Part shown: piece by piece, positions 30,285 to 38,015 of the stretch | How positions within the stretch are numbered: position 1 is the first letter of the stretch | How the letters are laid out: the number at the start of each line of letters is the position of its first letter | Assembly: GCA_044224525.1 (NCBI GenBank) | Contig: JBGAKI010000002.1 | Coordinates: forward strand, 20,846-84,845 | Origin: Polyangiales bacterium | GTDB lineage: Bacteria > Myxococcota_A > Polyangia > Polyangiales > CBDCBC01 | DNA length: 64,000 bases | Direction of reading: 5' to 3' | The notes under the pieces: model-generated | What the model saw: the letters and a program-made list of their open reading frames with translations, nothing else | The model's database searches: none | What the model was told of the DNA's origin: nothing | Program-made: the position numbers and the translations under genes

Positions 30285-30674
30285 GTGAAGATTTGGATAA
30301 CGTTGTTTGGGGTCGCGCTTTTGGCGAGCGGGTGCCAATCGAAGATTGGTGACAGCTGCGGCTCGTCGATCAACTGCTCGTTTGCGGGTAACCGTATTTG
30401 CGACGGAACTCAACCGAGTGGATATTGTACGATTCGCGGTTGTGAGGCGAACTCGTGCCCGGGTGAAGCCACGTGTGTGAAGTTTAGACCCGACACCGAG
30501 CGACTTTCAAGCACCTGGTGCATGCGTAAATGTGGTGGCAACGGCGATTGCCGCGATGACAGCAGCGCCACGTCGCACTATCGCTGTGTGACCGGCGACG
30601 AGATGGGCACCAACGTTGCGCGCGTGATCGACAAGAACACGGCGCAAACGTTTTGTGCGTCGATGCCGCGCTAA
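30285..30674 (+). CDS. Small cysteine-rich lipoprotein
   Basis: Lipobox LLASGC. The mature part is rich in Cys (CGSSINC, CDG, CTIRGC, NSCPGEATC ...). Confidence 0.6.
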   Translation: MKIWITLFGVALLASGCQSKIGDSCGSSINCSFAGNRICDGTQPSGYCTIRGCEANSCPGEATCVKFRPDTERLSSTWCMRKCGGNGDCRDDSSATSHYRCVTGDEMGTNVARVIDKNTAQTFCASMPR

Positions 30675-30697
30675 ATCACCTGTATGGGTAGCAAGAA

Positions 30698-30842
30698 AGG
30701 TTGAGTTGAACAGGCTCGGGAAGAGGCTAAACCCGCTCACTTTTCGTTGCGCCGCTGCGCGACGAGAAAGAGCGCTACGCCTTTGGCTTCGCGAATCGTT
30801 CGCTACTGTTTAGCCCCTTCCCGCGCCTGCTCAACTCAACCT
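30698..30842. repeat. ~145-bp long-hairpin intergenic repeat, copy 1
   Basis: ~34-nt arms aggttgagttgaacaggctcgggaagaggctaaa / tttagccccttcccgcgcctgctcaactcaacct flank a core shared with 48878-49022 and 44560-44705. Confidence 0.85.
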
Positions 30843-30944
30843 CTCTTTATACGAGTTTCATGCAGTTCACTTGACCGTAGCGCGCGGTTGTTTTTTTCCC
30901 GGCAATCTTGCGCATGGCCTTATAATGCTGCGGGGCTTGTTTAA

Positions 30945-31889
30945 ATGTATTTTCTTTCGCGAGCATTGCGTGCAGCACTCACCGTTTGGGGTGTGTCGAC
31001 ATTTGCGTTTTTATTATTGAGGCTCACGCCTGGTGATCCAGCGCAGGCGATGCTGGGTGATCAGGCAAGCCCCGCTGAGATTGCAGCGCTGCGCAGCACG
31101 CTTGGGCTTGATCGCTCGATCGGCGTACAATATGCGGATTTTTGTCGGCATGTTGTCGATGGCAGCCTTGGACATTCGTTTCGTAAGCCTGAGCAGAGCG
31201 TGCGCGCCGTGATCAGCGAAGCGTTGCCCAATAGCGCCAAACTCAGCGCGTATGCGCTTGCGATCGCGTGGCCTATTGGCTTAATCCTGGCAATCGCCGC
31301 AGCCCTTTGGCCACGATCGCGCGTCGAGCGCGGGATCGACAACGCGTCGCTCTTGGGCTTGGTGGCACCGAGTCTGTGCACCGCACCGCTCGCCATTTTG
31401 GTCTTCGCTGTCAAGCTTCGATGGTTGCCGCTGCCAGGTGATGACGAGGCGGGTGAAGCGTTGTGGGTGCTACCGGCGGTGATTTTAGCGATTCCACTCG
31501 CGTCGATTTTGACGCGCCAAGTGGGCGCCGCAATGCACACCATTCGCGACGAGCTTTATTATCAAGCGGCGCGGGCGCGCGGCTTATCCCCACTGCGCGT
31601 GTTTATGCGTTATGGCCTGCGCAATGCGCTGCTTACGATTATTACACTCGCGGCGCTTCAACTTGCGGCGCTTCTGACAGGTGTTGTTGTCGTTGAGAAG
31701 ATTTTTGAGCGACCTGGACTTGGGTTGTTGATTCTTGAGGCCTTTAACACGCGCGATCTGCCGTTGATTCAAGGGTGCGTTTGGTTTACTGGGCTCGTGT
31801 ACGCAGTGGTGAATTTTGCGCTGGAAATGGTTTATGGCTGGGCTGATCCGCGCACACGAGAAGCGAGCGCAGATCGAGGAACATCATGA
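30945..31889 (+). CDS. ABC transporter permease (Dpp/Opp B-type)
   Basis: 314-aa polytopic protein with an N-terminus typical of OppB/DppB (ALRAALTVWGVSTFAFLLLRLTPGDP). Confidence 0.88.
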   Translation: MYFLSRALRAALTVWGVSTFAFLLLRLTPGDPAQAMLGDQASPAEIAALRSTLGLDRSIGVQYADFCRHVVDGSLGHSFRKPEQSVRAVISEALPNSAKLSAYALAIAWPIGLILAIAAALWPRSRVERGIDNASLLGLVAPSLCTAPLAILVFAVKLRWLPLPGDDEAGEALWVLPAVILAIPLASILTRQVGAAMHTIRDELYYQAARARGLSPLRVFMRYGLRNALLTIITLAALQLAALLTGVVVVEKIFERPGLGLLILEAFNTRDLPLIQGCVWFTGLVYAVVNFALEMVYGWADPRTREASADRGTS

Positions 31890-32701
31890 ACGCGCGATTT
31901 TTACCCAAGTATCGCGCGGCATTTGGTATATGCGCGCTCTTTGTTGCATTGGCAGCGCTTGGGCGTGCGCTTGCGCCTTATGATCCGCATCGACTTGATC
32001 TGCGCGCAAGCTTTGCCGCGCCATCGACTGCGCATTGGCTGGGCACGGCTGACAATGGTGTTGACTTGTTAAGCGCCCTACTTTACGGCGCACAGCGTTC
32101 GGCGATTGTTGCACTAAGCACTGTCGCGTTGTCGCTTAGCGTGGGCGTGCTGATTGGCGTGGTCGCTGCGGTGCGCGGCGGCACACTTGATTTTGTGCTG
32201 ATGACGGTTGCCGATTGGGTGCAATCTTTTCCAGGACTTGTGCTCAACGTGGCGATTTTTGCCACGGTTAAGGATCCTAATCTGTGGCACTTGGTCGGGG
32301 CGCTATCACTGCATGGTTGGGTGCTTTTTGCGCGACTTGCACGCGCCGAGGCGCTCACGATTCGATCGACCACGTTTATTGAAGCTGCACATGCGCTTGG
32401 GATCCCAGGGTGGCGCGTGTGGCTATTTCATTTCATTCCCAACTTGGCGGCGCCTCAGCTGGTTCAAGCGTCGAACGCGGTGGGTCATGTGATCATTGCC
32501 GAAAGTACGTTGTCATTTTTAGGCGTGGGTCCCTCGTCGAGTTTGTCTTGGGGCTTGCTACTGGATCAAGGACTCGGTGTGCTCTTGGTTCATCCACACA
32601 TCACGTTGATTACGGCAGGGCTGATCGCGGTGGTTGCGCTTGCGTTCAACGTCGCTGGTGATGGCTTGCGCAAGACATGGTTGCTGTCGTCAGGTTCCTA
32701 G
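31886..32701 (+). CDS. ABC transporter permease (Dpp/Opp C-type)
   Basis: 271 aa with 4-nt overlap with the upstream permease. HWLGTADNGVDLLS is typical of OppC/DppC. Confidence 0.88.
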   Translation: MNARFLPKYRAAFGICALFVALAALGRALAPYDPHRLDLRASFAAPSTAHWLGTADNGVDLLSALLYGAQRSAIVALSTVALSLSVGVLIGVVAAVRGGTLDFVLMTVADWVQSFPGLVLNVAIFATVKDPNLWHLVGALSLHGWVLFARLARAEALTIRSTTFIEAAHALGIPGWRVWLFHFIPNLAAPQLVQASNAVGHVIIAESTLSFLGVGPSSSLSWGLLLDQGLGVLLVHPHITLITAGLIAVVALAFNVAGDGLRKTWLLSSGS

Positions 32702-33819
32702 CGATGCCGTTTGCGTCGACGTAGCGCCCAGACGCCGCCAGTGACTAGTGTGAGCGCAAGCAATGTGAGGGCAATCGGGTAAATCCACTCGCGCAGGCGA
32801 CCAAAACGAAGAATCGATTGCTCGGTATCTTTGTCAGGCTCACTCGGGGGCCCTTGTGACTCAAGAGGCTTGCGACCTTTAAGCTCTTCGTGGGTGAGCG
32901 CACGCACGCAAAGGTGGTTCATGACCTCGCGCTCGACGCCGCGCACAAACACTTCTTCAACCCCCGCGTCGTTAAGGCGTGTCTTGCTAGTGTTTTTTTG
33001 CTCGCGCACACCAAGCCCAAGTCGCGCTTCCCAGCGGCCACCACTTGGCGAGCTAACGATATGTCCACTCAAGAACATGGTGCTTGACCCGCCCCCGTCG
33101 AGATTGAGTGCACTGAATGCGCCCAAATCGACAAAGGTGCGTCCAAGTGCGTAGAGCGTCATGCCGCGACTTGAAGTGCGCCGACCGTCGGCCACTATTA
33201 CGATCACCTTGTCGCCAGCTTTATTGACACCAATCGCGGTGCGCGGATGACGCAGCTCGGAGCTTGAAAACGCGTCGAGCGATTTTTCATCAAGTTTGCC
33301 ATCGCGCACCAGCATCGGCTCGCCAGAAAGTGCGTCGCGCAAACGCTCTGGCGCAACGTTTTCAATCACTTGCTCGGGTGGGCTGATCCAGGCCTGCCCT
33401 TGACGGGTTATCGCAAAAAAACCTACCTCTTCGTCGTCATCACCGTCGGGCCAGCGCTGGCCGCCGCCCGCGGTGATTCCTTCAGCGCGCTGCATCATGC
33501 CCCAAAAGCCGCCGTTGGTAGCCGCAACGCAGCGATTTTTTTTGGCGAAATCCGAAACGGGTTGCCAACGATCAGCATAAGGCGTGGCAAAAACCTCGAC
33601 ACCCGGGGCCTTTAAATCGACAACCAACGCGTAAAGCACGCTTGGGATCGACGTGCGGCGCACCAAATAGCGCACGCCCGCATAAGGTTCTGACCACGTG
33701 TCTTCGTAAGTGAAGGGCGTGGTGGCTCCTTCGGTCGCACGCGCATCAGTCGCATAGAGCGAAAAAAACGATACGCTCAGCGCCAACACCAAAAGCTGAA
33801 TGTTTACCCTTGAACGCAT
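32698..33819 (-). CDS. Phosphodiester glycosidase family protein (NAGPA-like, DUF2233) with a C-terminal TM anchor
   Basis: Signal peptide from MRSRVNIQLLVLALS (the ORF track extends to 33945). ATNGGFWG and LNLDGGGSSTM motifs. C-terminal TM plus RRRKRHR. Confidence 0.75.
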   Translation of the reverse strand: MRSRVNIQLLVLALSVSFFSLYATDARATEGATTPFTYEDTWSEPYAGVRYLVRRTSIPSVLYALVVDLKAPGVEVFATPYADRWQPVSDFAKKNRCVAATNGGFWGMMQRAEGITAGGGQRWPDGDDDEEVGFFAITRQGQAWISPPEQVIENVAPERLRDALSGEPMLVRDGKLDEKSLDAFSSSELRHPRTAIGVNKAGDKVIVIVADGRRTSSRGMTLYALGRTFVDLGAFSALNLDGGGSSTMFLSGHIVSSPSGGRWEARLGLGVREQKNTSKTRLNDAGVEEVFVRGVEREVMNHLCVRALTHEELKGRKPLESQGPPSEPDKDTEQSILRFGRLREWIYPIALTLLALTLVTGGVWALRRRKRHR

Positions 33820-33936
33820 GTTCGCCGAAGTGTGCACTCTGTTGGGCCGTCGCTCAAGTGCCGGAAAAAAAAGGCTGCAAAGAGCGCTTTTAACGGTTGA
33901 CCCAGACGCATAGCTGCGCTTTGTTTTAGGGGTCCA

Positions 33937-35181
33937 ATGCGTCATTTTATAAATGAATCCGCTACCTTGCCACGAGTCAATCTGCGGCGCTTAAGACTGC
34001 TGCGCTTTGGGATGGTGATACTGTGGTCGCTTGCGGCATGTGGCGGGCGCAACGTGCAGCATAAAAAGCCCAAAAAAGTCACCGATGCCGGAGCGACGCT
34101 TAGCACAGCACCGGACAATAGCAGTCGGCTGGGTTTGGTGAACGGATTGTTTTTTGGTCTGCCTGAAAACAAACAACGCGATAGCCTTGCGGCAAGCGAG
34201 ATCCGCGACGTGAAACTGGGGTCGGGTGGGCGTAGCATCGGTTTTAAGATCACGTTGACCGATGGCACGGTGGGCTATTTTAAGCCAGAGCAGACATTCT
34301 CGGGTGCACACTATTATTCCGAACTTGCGTCGTATTATTTAGATCGCGAGCTTGGCATTGGGCGCGTGCCGCCAACGGTGGGACGCAGGGTCGACTGGAA
34401 GCTGCTTGTGAAGCCGCTTGGATATGATGTGCGGCGCGAAGAGTTAATTGTCCCTAAGGACGAACAATTACGCGGTGCATTTATTTGGTGGGTGCCCGAG
34501 AAGCTAATTCCGATTCGACCAGGAAAAAACTGGGAGCGGTGGATTCGCATTCGTGGATGGCCTTCATCGGCGGTTACACCTTTTCAGCGCCCGCGTGTTT
34601 ATCTGCAAAAGCTTGGCATCGTGCCTACGGGTGACGAGGCCGCGGCACTGCCAAACTCAGAAACGCCTGCACCTGCGGGCGCTCAGGACGTTCAAGATGC
34701 TCAGCGCGCTGAAACCGCCGGCCTTGGCGAGGTGTCACGCCAGAGCGCGCCAGCAACGAAGGAACCCGAAGCGGTCAAAGAGCCCGACACGCCCGAGCGC
34801 GCCGCTGAGCTCTCGGATATGATTGTGTTTGATTATTTAATTATTAATCTTGATCGCTGGGGTGGCGAGTACACAAATGTGCGCACGCGCGGCGAACATG
34901 GACCTTTGATCTACTTGGACAATGGCGCTGGGTTTATTGCGCAGGCCTCCAATGGATTAATGCGCGCCCGGCTGCATGCTGTGGAAAAGTTTCGCAAAGC
35001 AACAATCGACGCCATTCGCGCGCTGGATATCGATAAGCTTGAAAAGCGCATGCAAACAGACCCCCTTTGGCCTTTTATTACTGAACAACATCTGACTCAC
35101 CTCGCGGCACGTAAACAAGATGTGTTGGACCACGTTGAAGCGATGCATGCTAAATATGGCGATGCCATTTACGCCTGGTGA
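33937..35181 (+). CDS. Fam20-like (secretory-pathway kinase-like) lipoprotein
   Basis: Lipobox LAACGG. Collinear matches to recalled Fam20C motifs: GYFKPEQ (FKPMK), YSELASYYLDRELGIGRVPPTVGR (AEIAAFHLDRILDFRRVPP), VFDYLIINLDRWGGEY (FDFLMGNMDRHHYE), IYLDNGAGF (IHLDNGRGF), TEQHLTHLAARK (QPHLEALDRR). Confidence 0.7.
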   Translation: MRHFINESATLPRVNLRRLRLLRFGMVILWSLAACGGRNVQHKKPKKVTDAGATLSTAPDNSSRLGLVNGLFFGLPENKQRDSLAASEIRDVKLGSGGRSIGFKITLTDGTVGYFKPEQTFSGAHYYSELASYYLDRELGIGRVPPTVGRRVDWKLLVKPLGYDVRREELIVPKDEQLRGAFIWWVPEKLIPIRPGKNWERWIRIRGWPSSAVTPFQRPRVYLQKLGIVPTGDEAAALPNSETPAPAGAQDVQDAQRAETAGLGEVSRQSAPATKEPEAVKEPDTPERAAELSDMIVFDYLIINLDRWGGEYTNVRTRGEHGPLIYLDNGAGFIAQASNGLMRARLHAVEKFRKATIDAIRALDIDKLEKRMQTDPLWPFITEQHLTHLAARKQDVLDHVEAMHAKYGDAIYAW

Positions 35182-35187
35182 TGGTTT

Positions 35188-36231
35188 ATGACGCCACGTT
35201 TTGCACACATGATGCCCGCCGAGTGGGCCAAGCACGACGCGTATTGGCTGGCGTGGCCCGCTGATGGCGCGCTTTGGCTTGAGAATCTAGCGCCTGCTCA
35301 AACAAGTTGGCTCAAGATGGCGCGAGCGATCGGCGAAAAGAGAACGAGTGGTGCGCCCGCCGAACGTCTTGAGATCTTGGTGCATCCTGATGTGGACGAT
35401 CAAACAGTGCATCGCATGCTTAGTGAACTTGGCGACGTTGACTCGCGCATTCATCGCATACCTTATGGCGATATTTGGCTGCGCGATACAGCGCCACTTT
35501 TTATGCGTGGTCGTGATGGGACCGTCAGCAACGTGCGGTTTCGGTTTAACGGTTGGGGCGGAAAATACGTGCTGGTGCATGACGATAACGTCGCTGAACG
35601 CATTGCGCAGGCGGCTGACATGCCAAGTCAAGCCTTTGAGTGGATCCTTGAGGGTGGTGCGGTTGAAGTAAACGGCGAGGGCCTTTGTTTAACGACTGAA
35701 AGCTGTCTACTTAATCCCAATCGCGGCGTGACCGAGCGCGGTGTCATCGAAGCGCATTTGTGCGAAGCGTTGGGCGTTGAGAAAGTGGCGTGGCTGCGAC
35801 GTGGCTTGAACTTTGATCATACCGACGGGCATGTCGACAATATTGCGCGCTTTGTTAGCGAGGACACGGTGGTGTGTATGCGACAAAGCAGCCCGACCGA
35901 CCCGCATGCGGATGCCTACCCGCTTATTCGGGAAGACTTGCTGCGTGTGCGCAACACCAAGGGCACCAAGCTCAACATCGTGGAGGTACCCTCGCCAGGT
36001 GTGGTGCTGAGCACAAATGGCGAGCCCATGCCCGCCAGTTACCTTAATTTTATTATTGCCAATCACACGGTGGTCGTGCCGGTTTATGGCACCGCGCATG
36101 ACGAGGCCGCGTTGAAGGTGCTCGAGTCGTTATTTAAAGGTCGGCGTATCGTACCCGTGGAGGCATATGCTATCCTGTCGGGCGGCGGCGCCTTTCATTG
36201 CATCTCGCAACAACAACCTTCTCAGGGTTAA
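35188..36231 (+). CDS. aguA: Agmatine deiminase
   Basis: MPAEWAKHDAYWLAWP N-terminus and the C-terminal catalytic Cys motif GGGAFHCISQQQP. Confidence 0.9.
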   Translation: MTPRFAHMMPAEWAKHDAYWLAWPADGALWLENLAPAQTSWLKMARAIGEKRTSGAPAERLEILVHPDVDDQTVHRMLSELGDVDSRIHRIPYGDIWLRDTAPLFMRGRDGTVSNVRFRFNGWGGKYVLVHDDNVAERIAQAADMPSQAFEWILEGGAVEVNGEGLCLTTESCLLNPNRGVTERGVIEAHLCEALGVEKVAWLRRGLNFDHTDGHVDNIARFVSEDTVVCMRQSSPTDPHADAYPLIREDLLRVRNTKGTKLNIVEVPSPGVVLSTNGEPMPASYLNFIIANHTVVVPVYGTAHDEAALKVLESLFKGRRIVPVEAYAILSGGGAFHCISQQQPSQG

Positions 36232-36253
36232 GCAGCGCCAAAGAGGACACATC

Positions 36254-37105
36254 ATGGCTGGCAGCGATTCGATTATTTTAGGGGTGGTGCAGTGTGAACT
36301 AAATAACAGCCCCTACGAGAACATTGCGCTTTTGAGTGAGCTTATACGTGAGGTGTCTAACCAAGGTGCACAGGTGATCTGCCTGCCGGAGTTGATCGAA
36401 GGGCCTTATTTTTGTAAAAGTGCGGACGATACTTTTTTTGATCAGGCACAACCGCTTAATGACCATCCTGTCGTGCACGGGTTTTCGCAAATCGCGCGTA
36501 AGAACAATGTGGTGCTGCCGGTGTCGCTCTTTGAACGTGATGGGAACCATTTTTATAATACGGTGGTGATCATCGATGCCGATGGCGAAGTGCTTGGCAG
36601 CTATCGCAAGAGCCATATTCCCACCGGACCGGGTTACGAAGAAAAGTATTATTTTAGACCTGGGCAAAGCGGCTTCAAGGTTTGGCAAACACAATATGGT
36701 GTGGTCGGCGTGGGCATCTGCTGGGATCAATGGTTTCCGGAGTGTGCGCGAGCGATGGCGTTGATGGGCGCCGAGGTGCTGCTTTACCCCACGGCGATTG
36801 GTTCTGAACCCGCCAACCCTCAACTTGACACCTCGGCACCGTGGCAACGTGCGATGATCGGGCACGCAGTATGTAACGCCATGCCAATTGCTGCTGCCAA
36901 TCGCATCGGCACCGAAGAGGGGCAACGTTTTTATGGGCGGTCGTTCATATGCGATCATCGCGGCGATACGGTGGCCGACTTGGGAGCGCGGCAAAATGTC
37001 GGCCTTGCTAGCTTTAGTCGCAAGGAGCTCGCACGTTATCGCGCGGCGTTTGGCTTTTTTCGCGACCGGCGGCCAGAGCTTTACGGTGATCTAGTTAAAG
37101 CCTAG
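36254..37105 (+). CDS. aguB: N-carbamoylputrescine amidase (CN-hydrolase)
   Basis: Nitrilase-superfamily motifs LPEL, YRKSHIP and GVGICWDQWFPE. Directly follows aguA. Start chosen at MAGSDSIILG (the ORF track starts at 36167). Confidence 0.9.
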   Translation: MAGSDSIILGVVQCELNNSPYENIALLSELIREVSNQGAQVICLPELIEGPYFCKSADDTFFDQAQPLNDHPVVHGFSQIARKNNVVLPVSLFERDGNHFYNTVVIIDADGEVLGSYRKSHIPTGPGYEEKYYFRPGQSGFKVWQTQYGVVGVGICWDQWFPECARAMALMGAEVLLYPTAIGSEPANPQLDTSAPWQRAMIGHAVCNAMPIAAANRIGTEEGQRFYGRSFICDHRGDTVADLGARQNVGLASFSRKELARYRAAFGFFRDRRPELYGDLVKA

Positions 37106-37249
37106 TGGGTTGCTCAGTTACGACCCTCGGTAACAGACTTTGTCTGTCAGAAATACAAGGACGCGGTTGAGGCAAGGAAGTTTGTTGCACTAGCCTCCCC
37201 ATCCTCGTTTTGGTATCTTTCTAGACACGGCATGGGTGCAAGGATGTCT

Positions 37250-37948
37250 ATGAAAGTTTTACGAGTGGTTTTTGTCTTAAGTGTTGTTGCGTCTTGTAGC
37301 AACGAGGCCCCCCTTGCCGATGTATCCATGGCGGTTGGGCCGAGTCTTTGCTCGTTGCAAGCACTGGCGCAAAAAACGCTTACGCTGCGCTGCAAACGGC
37401 GCTTTGCACCTTGGGGGACACCTAAACGCGCGGCGCATAATCTCGATTTAGGGCATCGAGACTATACGGTCTATCGCGGACGGAGCCAGGGCGTAGCACA
37501 GCTCGAAGTAGCCAACGTGGACGATCGTACCTTCGTACCGGGGATTGCCGCCGATCTTTTAGACAATCTCATTGAAGAAGGCTTCTTTGAAGGGGAAACA
37601 GTTTCGACGATCAAGGCCAGTCGCGTGCACATGGTCGTTTATCAGTGCGCGCGCGGTGCGGGGCTTGAATGTGGCGACAAGATTTACACCCCTGCAGAGG
37701 AAGGCGGCGAGATCAACCAGACGCTTGCCGAACGCGCAGAGCGACATCTAACCAGCTACATCGATGATGTGCTTACGACAGTCCGCCGGGAGTGCAACGC
37801 CCATGGCCGAACACTCAATATTAACGGTCAACGCAACGTTGTGCGACATCGTTGTAAAGAATTCAATGGCACGAATGTGCAGATAAGCCAGTGCAGCGTA
37901 GACGATGAGGGTTGGCTTAGTGCCGACGCGTTCGAAGAGCAGGAGTAA
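37250..37948 (+). CDS. Hypothetical lipoprotein
   Basis: MKVLRVVFVLSVVASCS lipobox with AAGGA 7 nt upstream. No family recognised. Confidence 0.55.
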   Translation: MKVLRVVFVLSVVASCSNEAPLADVSMAVGPSLCSLQALAQKTLTLRCKRRFAPWGTPKRAAHNLDLGHRDYTVYRGRSQGVAQLEVANVDDRTFVPGIAADLLDNLIEEGFFEGETVSTIKASRVHMVVYQCARGAGLECGDKIYTPAEEGGEINQTLAERAERHLTSYIDDVLTTVRRECNAHGRTLNINGQRNVVRHRCKEFNGTNVQISQCSVDDEGWLSADAFEEQE

Positions 37949-38015
37949 CGACGCGCCATGCTTTATCAAGCGTTGCCGACCCGTTCGCATGAATGAGCAG
38001 CGCCGATAAGGCGAT

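Noticed and set aside
30747-30944. Apparent small-protein paralogs sharing RRCATRKS...VRY.LAPSRACS (also 48864..49067 and 44663..44956)
   Set aside because: The similarity comes from reading through copies of the ~145-bp hairpin repeat. The frames have no SD or sensible start, and conservation is at the nucleotide and hairpin level, not codon-wise.
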